DNA of 64,000 nt, from assembly GCA_043228905.1 (NCBI GenBank), contig JBHGNT010000021.1, positions 992,001 to 1,056,000 of the forward strand, read 5' to 3'. This DNA is from Azolla caroliniana (Eukaryota; Plantae; Polypodiophyta). The notes beneath the pieces were generated by a model. It was not told the DNA's origin, did no database searches, and saw only the letters and a program-made list of their open reading frames with translations. Below are positions 27,193-38,430 of this stretch, piece by piece; positions within the stretch are counted from its first letter, which is position 1, and each line of letters starts with the position of its first letter. Position numbers and translations under genes: made by a program.

Positions 27193-30100
27193 ATGGAAGG
27201 CGGCAGCAGCGGGCAGCCGGGGATGATGGTGCTGAATGCGCAGAACTACGCCGACTGGAAGATAAAGATGGAGGATCTGCTCATTGTTCGGGACCTGTAT
27301 GAACCGATCGACAAGTCGGAAATACCCAAGGAGGTACTTGAAACGGAATGGAGGCTTCTGAACCGGAAAGCCGTTGCAACCATTCGGCAATACGTCGACG
27401 TGAGCGTTCTACAACATGTGGCGAACGACACCAACGCATATGAGATGTGGCAGAAGCTGTCGGGCCTCTACGAGAGGAAGAATGCGTTGAACCGGACCTC
27501 CCTGATGAGGAAGATAGTGAACCTCAAGTACCGGGACGGCGAGAGTATGGTGGAACACGTAAGCACGTTCATGGGATTCGTGAACCAGCTTGCGGCGATC
27601 AAGTTCCCGTTGGAGGATGCAATGCAAGCCATCATGCTGATGTGTACATTGCCGGATAGCTGGGAGAACTTGGTGGTGACTCTCAGCACCTCCTGCACCG
27701 AAGATAACTTGTCCCTACAAACGGTAAAGACAAGCATTTTGAACGAAGAAGCGCGTCGGAGAGATAAAGAACCGGCCTCCGATCCGAAGATGTTGCTTAC
27801 CGAATCGGATCGGGGAAGACAACGGAACCGGAGTCCGCAAAGACGGGAGAAGTCGGGGACCCGGTCGCAGTCAAGAGGAAGGCCCACATGCTTCCACTGT
27901 GGGAAGCCGAGGCACTTCCGAAAGAATTGTCGGCATTACCGAAAAGACAACGGAGCCGACGACACCGATTCGAAGAAGTCTTCGGAACGGAACGGTGCTT
28001 ACCGGGGAGCCACAGACCGGAATGGTTCGGATCGGCGAGGGCAGGACCAGAAAGGAACGACGGCACTCGCGGCAAGTGAAGAGGAGATCATGCTCATCAC
28101 CGAAGAAGGTGAACTAAACATTGCCGGCGATGAGACTACCTGGGTGGTCGATTCCGGAGCGTCGTTCCACCTGACCCCGGAAAGAAGATACTTCTCATCC
28201 TACACAGCCGGTGAGCATGGCTGTGTTCGGATGGGAAATGAAGGTACGTGCCGGATTGCCGGCATAGGAGACGTGTGGTTGACAACCTCGACCGGATGCA
28301 AAATGTTGCTGAAGGATGTCTGACACGTTCCGGAGGTTCGATTGAACCTGATTTCGGCCGGGAGGCTAGACGATGAAGGCTACACAGGTAGCATCCGGAA
28401 CTGCGTAATGAAGTTCAGCAAGGGGAGCCTGATAGTGGCTCGGGCCCGGAAAGTCAACACACTGTACCTTATGAATGCCTGGTTGTGTCCGGAGGAGTTG
28501 AACGTGGCAGCCGACACTGCCGGTGAGCTGTGGCACAAGAGACTGTGCCACATGAGTGAGAAGGGGATGAAGAGGCTTGCAGAAGACAACCTCATTCCAG
28601 TGAAGCATGTGCACCTGGAGAAGTGCACCGATTGCCTGGCCGGTAAGCAGAACCGAACCTCCTTCCACTCAAGGCCACCGACGAGACGTAGCGCACCATT
28701 GGAGTTGGTGCACACTGACGTGTGTCAAGTAGAAACGAAGTCACATGGCGGAGCCCAGTACTTCGTGACATTTATTGATGACCACAGCCGGAAGCTGTGG
28801 ACGGCACCGTTGAAGACAAATGACCAAGTGTTGTGCGTCTTCAAAGAACTCCACGCGAGAGTGGAAAGGGAATCCGGCAAGAAGCTGAAAGCGATACGAG
28901 CGGATAACGGAGGGGAATACCGGGGGCAGTTCGAGGAGTACTGTCGCTCGAAGGGAATCTGGCTCGAGTTTACTGTGCCGAAGACGCCGGAACTGAACGG
29001 GCTGGCCGAGAGGATGAACCGGACCATAATGGAGAGGGTCCGGAGTATGCTGGCGCATGCGAAATTACCCAAGGGGTTTTGGGCTGAGGCAATGTCGACG
29101 GCGACATACGTGATAAACAGATCACCCTCAGTACCTTTGGACGGAGACACGCCGCAGAGAGTGTGGACCGGTAGGGAAGTATCCTACCGGCACCTGAAGG
29201 TGTTCGGGTGTCTCGCATATGTGCATGTGGCAAAGGACCGGAGAGGAAAGCTAGATCCAAAGACCCGGCCATGCATATTCCTCGGTTACGGCGATGACGA
29301 GTTCGGCTACCGAGTATGGGACCCGGTCGACAAAAAGATATTCCGGAGTCGTGATATCATCTTCATGGAGGACAAGACACTCGCCGACTGGGAGTCGGAG
29401 AAGAAGATGAAGAGCTCCAAGTCGACCGGTGAGGATCAACTCTACGAGGAGCAGTCCCGACCGGCAAGGGACCGGTTAGCACTCGAGGATGCGGCCGAAG
29501 ACGGTGAAGAAACAGAACCGGCCGAGGAAGATGAAACTGATACCGGAACCGGCCCCGATCCCGAAATGGATTCGGATGAAGAGGAAACGGAGGAGTCGGT
29601 TACCGAAGCTCCGGAACGGAGATATCCTCTAAGAGAGAGAAGGGCTCCCCGGAGATTTCCGGAACCAGAGCACGTGCTGCTAACCGACGAGGGGGAGCCA
29701 GAGAGTTTTGAAGAAGCAAAGCTTGACACCCATAGCCGCAGGTGGTTAAGTGCCATGCAGGGGGAGATGGATTCCCTGCATGAGAACCACACATATGAAC
29801 TTGTGGAGTTGCCGAAAGGAAAGCGGGCACTTCGAAACAAGTGGGTGTTCAAGCTGAAACCGGGAGATGCCGGAAACCCCCCGAGATACAAAGCCAGGAT
29901 CGTGGTGAAGGGGTTCCAGCAGAAGAAGGGCGTCGACTTCGACGAGATATTTGCCCCGGTAGTGAAGATGACCTCCATCCGGACGGTGCTGAGCATAGCG
30001 GCAAGCATGGACCTCGAGGTAGAACAGATGGACGTGAAGACGGCATTCCTTCACGGTGACCTCGAAGAAGAGATCTCTACATGCAGCAACCGGAAGGATT

Positions 30101-31268
30101 CGAGAAGAAAGGGAAGGAGCACCTGGTATGCCGGTTGAAGAAGAGCCTTTACGGACTGAAGCAGGCTCCCCGGCAATGGTACCGGAAGTTCGACTCTTTC
30201 ATGACCAACGAAGGGTACCACAAAACGCAGTCCGATCACTGCGTGTTTGTGAAGAAGTTCGAAGGAGGAGACTTTCTAATACTCCTCCTGTACGTGGACG
30301 ACATGTTGATCGTCGGACGGGACCAGGTCAAGATACGGATGTTGAAGAAAGCGCTTCACCGAACCTTCTCAATGAAGGACCTGGGTCCGGCGAGGCAAAT
30401 ACTAGGGATGCACATCATCCGGGACCGGAAGAAGAAGCTGTTGTGGCTGTCACAGGAGAAGTACGTGACAAAGGTGCTTCACCAGTTCAACATGTCGGAA
30501 GCAAGACCGGTCGAGTCAACCCTCTCGGCAAACTGCAAGTTGTCCAGCAAGCAAAGCCCCAAGACAAAGGCTGAGAAGGAGGACATGATGAAAGTACCAT
30601 ATGCCTCTGCCGTCGGAAGCTTGATGTACGCAATGGTGTGTACAAGACCGGACATAGGATATGCAGTCGGAGTAGTGAGCCGGTACATGAGCAATCCCGG
30701 CAAAGAGCACTGGAACGCGGCCAAGTGGATACTCCGATACCTGAAGGGCACGGCAAACGTGTGCCTCCGATTCGGCTCCGGTAAGCCCGAACTCGACGGC
30801 TTTACCGATTCGGATATGTCGGCTGATGCAGATACCAGCCGGTCCACATCAGGGTATGTGATGACGTATGCAGGGGGGGCTGTTTCGTGGCAGTCGAGGC
30901 TGTAGAAGACGGTTGCATTGTCAACCACGGAGGCGGAGTACATGGCGGCTGTTGAAGCCGGCAAGGAAATGATATGGATGAAGGACTTCATTAGAGAGCT
31001 CGGTATCCGGCAGGAGGAGTACCGACTCTACTGCGACAGTCAGAGTGCCATCCACCTTGCGAAGAACGCGGCCTATCACTCCCGGACGAAGCACATCCAG
31101 CGAAGATATCACTGGATCCGGGAAAGGATAGAAGACCAGGAGTTCATGCTGACGAAGATCCACACGGACGAGAACGGGTCAGACATGCTGACCAAAGTGC
31201 TCACACCCGACAAGCTGGAAGCATGCCGAAAGAGGGTCGGACTGGAAAGACATCCCATGCCGAAGTGA
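27193..31268 (+). pseudogene. Copia gag-pol polyprotein with three lesions
   Basis: CFHCGKPRHFRKNC knuckle, DSGAS protease, WHKRLCH/HTD/DNGGEY/AERMN integrase, YVDD RT, TDSD RNase H. Stops at 28321 (TGA) and 30903 (TAG); 2-bp frameshift near 30075. Confidence 0.93.
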
Positions 31269-31276
31269 AGGGGGAG
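31267..31276 (+). promoter_or_regulatory. Polypurine tract
   Basis: GAAGGGGGAG just before the 3' LTR. Confidence 0.9.
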
Positions 31277-31278
31277 TT

Positions 31279-31914
31279 TGTTGGGATTACGGTCCCTCCG
31301 GATGGGATGGTCGGATGTCCGGGAATCGGAAATGAAGACCCAAATGAGATGAAGACCCGGTTCCGGATCCGGATGATGAAGACCCCGGCTACGGAGCCGG
31401 ATGATGAAGACCCCGGCTACGGAGCCGGATGACGAATGTACCCGGAGAGAGATCCGGATGCGGGGACATATTTGTGAATATGTTTGCCAAGGGCCCTTGA
31501 GGCTATATTTCTAAATAGCCCGAAAGTCATATGTGTATAAATATGACTTAGGGCAAACAGTTTTTAGTTGTTGCTCATTTTTCTGTTTTCCGCTTAGAGG
31601 GAGCGAAGTGAGAGCAGCCGAGAGAGAGAGTGAGAGAGAGAGTAAGGAAGAGGTCGACGCCTCTGTGTAATACCGCCGCCTGTGGCGAGGACAGCGAGCT
31701 CAAGGTCGTCGCCTTGTAGCTCGCCATTGTACATTCCCTGCGTATAGTGATAGTTGGAGTCTTGCACTCCCGTGGTTTTTCCCGTCTAGGGTTTTCCACG
31801 CTAAACCCTGTGCATTCGAGTCTCTCTCTGTGTTTTCAATTTACTGCTGCATTGATTCGTGTTTCCTCGGTTGTGGCCGAGAGGTGAAGGTTTTGAAAGC
31901 GTCAATTTCTAACA
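31279..31914 (+). repeat. 3' LTR (636 bp)
   Basis: Same as the 5' LTR plus a 28-bp tandem duplication and about 3 substitutions. Confidence 0.96.
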
Positions 31915-31919
31915 CCTCT

Positions 31920-32615
31920 TTACAATTGAGCATCTGATCCCCGCAAGGAAGACGTTGTTGTACTCTATGTAGCCGCATGTTACTAACACAACGTAATTTT
32001 GAAGGCAACTCTACAGATCTGATGCGCATGGAAGATATAATACTCGAATGATACTTTGATCCCCGTAGATTTGTCAAACACCAGTTGCATATGTGAACCG
32101 AGGTAAATGTCTTGCTCATCACCAATCATCGAGAAATAATGCCACCTTAATTCTCGCAACTTTGATTTTCCAATCATAGACATACACCCACGTGCGCAAC
32201 ATGTTTTGCTAACATCAAATCCTATTTGCTTATCTGATGTCACCGAGTTAAATCTGGCCATACGAATTCTACGTGGGATTCTTCTAATATGCATAGGGCT
32301 TCCAGATTTCTCTTCCTGCACAGAAGTTGGGGTAAACTTGTTACAATCGAATTCATTGTTGTCACCATCGCCCATGATCTTCAATGTTTCATTAGCACTA
32401 CCTTCATTCTCTGTATCTTTATTAATATCGTATTCTTCAATAGAGAACTCTTCACATGTGTCATTATTTACATGTGTTGTAGGTGAAGATGAGCTCAGAC
32501 AATATTCTTCGATAGAAAATGGTGAATCTGTCGACAGACAATACTCTTCGGTAGAAAACGAATAGTCTGATGACAAACAATATTCTTCAATCGAGAACGG
32601 TGAGTCTTCACTCAT
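31920..32615 (-). pseudogene. Transposase copy B, N-terminal part (upstream of the Copia insertion)
   Basis: ATG at 32615; (SPFSIEEYCLS)n repeats, CCARGC, ICRVAF; continues across the TSD into 26553. Confidence 0.82.
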
Positions 32616-32678
32616 GGCTTAAGGTCCACACAGAGCTCTTTAAGTTATGTGCTTAGGCTAACATAAAAAACTGATAAG

Positions 32679-32765
32679 CTCCTCTCTAAACATATACTCC
32701 TCTCTAAACATAAAATCCTCTCTAAACATAAAATCCTCTCTAAATATAAAATCCTCTCTAAACAG
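32679..32765. repeat. Short tandem repeat (about 18-20 bp, 5 copies) upstream of the transposase ATG
   Basis: TCCTCTCTAAACATAAAA units. Confidence 0.8.
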
Positions 32766-33339
32766 AAGCTCCCTCAATATAATGTCTATATTATTTAATA
32801 TTATATTAATACAATAAATAAAGATATTATTTTTAATATAATAACTATATTCAACATATTAATAATTACTTAAACTAGTTTGTATAAAGTTAAATCAAGT
32901 ATAATATGATTACAATCATTACCAAGCCATATATATGTTGGTTTAAAGTTAAAATCATTGGTTAATTAATGGCACCCATATTTAATATAGAACATCTCAG
33001 TCATTGGTTCATTCATGCCCACCATTTTAAATATAAGACTTTTCAATCATTGGTTCATTCATAAACCTCTATCATTGCTTCCTTCATGACCTTCAAAGTC
33101 ATTATATGTTAGTTTGACTATAAAATAATCATTATTATGTTAGTTTGACTATTTAATCATTTATGCATTCATAAGCATCATTTATTTCAAATCCATTAGA
33201 GAGTGATTAGTACACTCAAGATTAGGTACTAAATAAAGTAATTATAGTTAAAGTGACTGTGGTTACTAACTAACTAACCTTAAGGTTGCCAACCCTGGTT
33301 AAAGTGATTGTGGTTACTTTAACCATTGTGGTCAATCCC

Positions 33340-33347
33340 TATAAATA
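33340..33347 (+). promoter_or_regulatory. TATA box of ParB-MTase gene, copy B
   Basis: CCCTATAAATAGGA, conserved with copy A. Confidence 0.65.
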
Positions 33348-33454
33348 GGAAGACCTCCTCATATTTCAATCACACGCGTAGAACAAAGCACAAGAGCACA
33401 CAGAGCACGAAGCACCAAACTGAGATCTCCCCCTAAGCATCAACAACGTCCACC

Positions 33455-36400
33455 ATGTCTTCAAAGAAAATCGAGCGCCAAGACTCAGGTAAGCGTCTGA
33501 CACTCTAGACCTTTTTGTAAATATGTTTTGGCACTCAAGAACTCGATACGCCATATCGAGTTCTTGTATAAAGTTTGCGTTTTCAACAGGAACTCAATAC
33601 GCCGTATCAAGTTCCTATTTACAGTTTTTGTTTTAAACAGGAACTCAATACGCCGTATCGAGTTCCTATATAAAGTTTGCATTTTCAACAAGAACTCGAT
33701 ACGCCGTATCGAGTTCCTGTATTATGTTCGTGTTTTATAGATGTTTTCAACAGGAACTCAATACATATCGAGTTCCTGTATTATGTTTGTGTTTTATAGA
33801 GAAACTCGATACAACGTATCGAGTTCTTGTATAAACTCCGTGTTTTATAGAGAAACTCGATACAACGTATCGAGTTCTTGTATAAACTCCGTGTTTTATA
33901 GAGAAACTCGATACAACGTATCGAGTTCTTGTATAAACTCTGTGTTTTATAGAGAAACTCAATACAATGTATCGAGTTCCTGTATAAAGTCTGTGTTTTA
34001 TACAGGAACTCGATACGGCGTATCGAGATCTTGTATAAAGTTCCTGTAAAACGTTTGTGTTTTATATAGGAACTCGCTACGCCGTATCGAGTTCCTGTGT
34101 AAAGTATGTGTTTTACAAAGGAACTCGATACGGCGTATCGAGTTCCTGTTTCAAGTTTATGTTTTGCACAGGAACTCGATACGACGTATCAAGTTCCTGT
34201 GTAAAGTATGTGTAACTCGATACCCTGTATCGAGTTCCTGTATAAAAACGAACTTTATACAAGAACTCGATACGGCGTATCGAGTTACTGTATATAACAC
34301 AAAATTTAAACAGGAATATTGTGTCTTTGGGGGAACAATTTAGTATATGTGTGAAAAGATACCAAACTTTCTGTCAAATTCAGACTATTTTAGTGACATT
34401 TGCCATATTTTGTAACAACTAGGGGGCTTACTTAAAAAGGTTTTATGACCTATTATAGCTTAAAATAATAGAAAATAACCCACGAATTACCTTTATGATA
34501 CCAAATTTAAGTCTGCCATATGCAAATTCTCTACAATAAGGATATGGAATCAATATAAGCCATACCTACCCTTCAAGATAATATATATCCTTGTATACTT
34601 ATTAAGATATATAATTTTTGAAGTTGAATAACCCTTACTAGAATGGATTTCCGAATAAAGGACTATCATGTTCACTCAATACATGATTGATATTTATAGT
34701 TTACCACAAATCGCCTGTTAGTTTTAGTCTTCGTCTAATTATGTATATTTTAATATACAACCTTAATCTACATGACCACCTAACTTATGTTTCCGCATGT
34801 CCTTTCTTAAATAGGTTGTTTGAGAACTTGTCGAACCGACCTGTGAAGAAGATAAAGCTTCGGATACAGGGCTCTCTAATTGAGACCCAGACCCCAATAG
34901 TTCCTGAGAACATGAAGAGAGGAAAAAAACTTCTCTTCAACGAGGAGACAAAATCTCAACCATCCAATGAAGTCAGCCAAAAGAAAATGTTAGCAGCTAC
35001 TGGTGGTGAGGACCTTCCTGACCGTGATCTAATAGATAAGGAATGGTGTATGCAATACGTCGACTTCAAGAAAAAAGTTGTGTTGTATACAGCAAAGAAG
35101 AAGGGCGATGGTCAGCTTGAAAATGAAACCGCATTTATGTATGGCCATATTGTAATGATTGACTGCTCTAAGGGGGTACGTGAAGTGTGCCTTTCTGAAG
35201 ATCTACTAGTAAAGGAATCTTGTGGGCCAGAATCTTTTAAAAAAGATCTAGAAAGCTCACAAAACCTTATTGTCACCTTGAGGCCTTATATACAAGGCCA
35301 TGTAACTCTACGGGAGCCCTTGCCCTTCCCAATGAAGGCCCCGAAAAGGGCATCTAAAGTGCAATCAAGACCAGCAAAAAAGAAGACCACTAAAATGTTG
35401 GACTCCGACTCATCAAGCTCAAACGAAGATGAGGACACTAAGGGGACGCCAGGAGCTGAGCTGGCATCAGGTGTGTTGTCATCCAAGCAGAATAAGATAC
35501 ACAGAGAGTTAATGCAACGTAAATTGGTCAGAAAAGGGCAAGTGTTTAATTTGCCTATAACACACATCCATCGGCCCCCTATAGATGAAAAAATAGGATG
35601 AAGACCACTTGAGATCAGAGAGCCACACCGAATGCATGTTCAAAATCTCAAGAAAAAAATGAAAATTAATCCACATGCTACCGTTGTGCCTTTTATTGTT
35701 ATGGTAGATCCCGAAGAATGTGAAACCATTGAAAATTGCGACATAAGAAAGCATGATCAATACAATTACTTTGTAATTGGTGGATTGCATTCGGCGGAGG
35801 CACGTCGACAACTTGTGAGAGAACATCCAACGACTTTCTTCTTCAAGTATGCCGAGTGCAAAATTTACGTGGGCCTCACAACTGAAGAGGCAAAGTTGTT
35901 GGCATGGGACCACAATAACGATAATGACTATAGGCAGAAAATGTCATCGATTGAGCATATAAGGTTCTTCCACCACGAGTATTTGGACGTCAAACAAAAG
36001 TTCGGTGTGAAGCTACATCCAGGCCTACGATGTCAATGCTTGCATGAAGTCGGCATTGTGGTGGATGATAATGTTAAGTCTGATGGTCTTCGGAAATATG
36101 AGTCCTGGTTTCAACTTGCGTTTAGAGATGGAGAAGTATGGGACCTACAAGATCAAATCTTCTCAATGTGGGAGAATAAGGAGGTCAAGGGTCAACGACA
36201 AAAGAAATGTAAGGTAGACCCTCAACTAGAATTAGAGTCACAAGCGGCCAAGAAAATTGATTTGACAATTGAAGAAGCGGTTGACGACATGAAGATCTCT
36301 TTGTGGAGAGCGATGCAAGGTATTAAGGACGAGCAACTTCTTGTGTCTGTTTTTTGTCAAGGGTTGTGGCGAAAGATTTAAGCCTTGAAGAAATAGTCAC

Positions 36401-38001
36401 TGAGTTCAATAAGTAAGTATTTCAAATAGTGATATTGAATTCAATATGGTGCAATTGAAAGTTCTAATCTCGTTTTCTAATTTCATAGTCATAAGGTGTA
36501 CATGAAGATCCAAGAAGTTATGATGAAACAACTTGGATGTATAACTTGGGAACAAGTGACCGAGGATTATCCTCTAACGTCTTCATATAAGGCGTTATCC
36601 GAGTATTTTATTGCATTCAAGGATTGGGTTAGTATTGGTGGTTTTTCATTAAGCTTTCCTCATATGTAGAGGTTGTGTAATAATACTTGATGTCTTATTG
36701 CTTCTATTAGAAACCGTGTCGTGGCAAGAAACAAGGAGAAGTTAAGGATATACACGATTTCCTGACATCCTTCCTTGCACATCTCGAGAGAGCCAGAAAA
36801 GAAAAGGATCGTCGCTTAGTCAAGGCATACGAAATTGAGGAAGATGGCTCCTTCAAAAAAATTAGCCACAAAAAGGATAGTACGAGAGATCTTTACTACA
36901 ACGTGGTTTGCGGCGATGTCGTTGACATGATCCAAAAAGTGCCAAAGAAGGAATATATGCTAATGATTGCGGATATTCCATACAGATTTCGAATGGCAAG
37001 GTCATCATACGACGATGAACTGTTTAGGTTTAAACAGTTAGAGAAGATGATCAAGGATTTTGCTGAGCTAACGACTGCATCCTTGTGGAGAATAGTTGTC
37101 TTTCATAGTATGGACCAATGGTACTCGATAGCTCAAGCTTTGAGATCTCGTTGCCATGGCATTGAGAACCTTGCATGGTAAGTATTATTTATATGTCTCA
37201 TTCACTATATTGCCTTTCTTAAGATTGTTCAATCTATTCTTAACTCGATGTAATATTTGTTATAGGATAAAAACCAATGTAAATAAAGGGTCAACCTTTC
37301 GGTTCATAAATGTCATTGAATACATTACGGTTGGCTACTTCAATGAAATTAAGAAACAAAGAATCAAGGAGCATTCTAATGAAGTGGTAGGTTCAAATCT
37401 ACTAGTATATCCATCAGTGACACGGAAATTGCGACATGTCACCACGACAAAACGGGGACTTGTCAACCCATACCAAAAACCTCAACGACTTATGATGCGC
37501 TTGATCGAGATGTTTTCTGTAGAAGGAGATTGGATATTAGACCTCTTTTCTGGCACAAGTATTCCTTGAACTAGGTTAACAATGTTGAGATAACCAATAC
37601 TGAATCTTTTTTTTTGAAAACTAATTCTTCTTGTTACTTTCTTCACAGGGACAACGTCTGCATGTGCATTGAAGCTCTTTAGAAACACAATTGCATTGGA
37701 GAAGGACGAGGAGCAAGTTATATTTATAAACATGAGGATTAAGGCTTTGTGGGAGTGCCCAGACCAGGACGAGGAGGTCGGTGCAAAGAACCTCGTTGAT
37801 ACCGAAAGGTTTAAACTTGCTTCTCCAGAGCCTATTCCTCCGTTAGCCGGGGAACCGAGGGAGCTAATAGAGCTTGATGATGAGCTTATACAAGATATTT
37901 CGTTGGCTCGGCTAACAAGGGAAGCCAATGCACGTATAGCCAAAGAGAGTTCTATACAAGATGACGAAGAAAATGACATTGACGATTTGCTTGCTATGTA
38001 A
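33455..38001 (+). pseudogene. ParB/Srx-like domain + beta-class (N6_N4_Mtase) DNA methyltransferase fusion, copy B, 6 exons, few lesions
   Basis: Exons about 33455-33488, 34815-36412, 36489-36627, 36711-37177, 37266-37558 and 37649-38001. ParB-like: YFVIGGLHSAEA...LTTEEAKLLAWDHN...MSSIE. MTase: VCGDVVDMI...LMIADIPY, W|IKTN, NPYQKPQRLMMRLI, GDWILDLFSGT|xTTSACALKLFRNTIALEKD. Lesions include a CGA>TGA stop at 35599 and a frameshift near 36352. Confidence 0.85.
33536..34295. repeat. Array of 15 palindromic units (period about 51 bp) in intron 1 of the ParB-MTase gene
   Basis: Consensus ACAGGAACTCGATAC-nnn-GTATCGAGTTCCTGT separated by similar AT-rich linkers. Confidence 0.95.
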
Positions 38002-38430
38002 TAAACACTTTTAAAAACGCGAAATGTATTGTTTGGAATTCACATTATTAATACAGATTTTGGGTTTTACTTGGTGGATTCTATTCTTTATAATCTTCTA
38101 TATGTTTCAATTTTATTTTTATATACTTGGTTAGTAGACTTATGACATTGGTTTCACCACGTGCATTGCTGACTACCAAATTTATGGAGAAACATGAATT
38201 AGTTTAAATTGAGGCTGATTTTGGTCAAACTTTACATTAACATAACATGGTTGTAGAATTGTTGTTATGATTGTCCATGTTGTTATTATGGATCTTTGTC
38301 TTCTATTGTTAAAACTATTATGTTTCTCTTCCCTTGCTGCTTAGATTGTGTGGTGTGTTGATAATGGTTCCATTAGCATTATCCGCATGTTTTTATACGT
38401 TGTAGTTCCACTAGCGTTATCGTTCGGAGT

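Larger units (their letters stand above)
26554..31914 (+). mobile_element. Full-length Ty1/Copia LTR retrotransposon (Tork/Tnt1-like) with 5-bp TSD CCTCT
   Basis: TG...CA LTRs at 26554-27161 and 31279-31914; TSD at 26549-26553 and 31915-31919; PBS, PPT and gag-PR-IN-RT-RH order. Confidence 0.97.
24300..38050. mobile_element. Two-gene DNA-transposon-like element, copy B (transposase plus ParB-MTase), interrupted by a Copia insertion; termini not resolved
   Basis: Full-length transposase and MTase coding regions arranged head-to-head; collinear with copy A. Confidence 0.85.

Noticed and set aside
27246-31163. Numerous antisense and alternate-frame ORFs inside the Copia element
   Set aside because: By-product of high GC content; no recognisable domains
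31915-31990. Apparent conserved frameshift in the transposase near the Copia insertion site (programmed frameshifting?)
   Set aside because: Both copies carry independent small indels in this stretch, so the ancestral frame is ambiguous from two copies
33485-34049. Short ORFs with repeated peptides (RNSIRRIEFL, ETRYNVSSSC)
   Set aside because: Translations of the palindromic array on both strands; the region is an intron bounded by GT-AG
33536-34295. CRISPR-like appearance (palindromic repeats with regular spacing)
   Set aside because: The linkers are short (about 18 nt) and similar or identical to each other, there are no cas genes, and the context is a eukaryotic intron; this is a tandem palindrome array
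33455-38001. Bacterial or phage contamination as the source of the MTase
   Set aside because: The gene has spliceosomal introns and a TATA box, and is contiguous with plant genes and a Copia insertion in two copies
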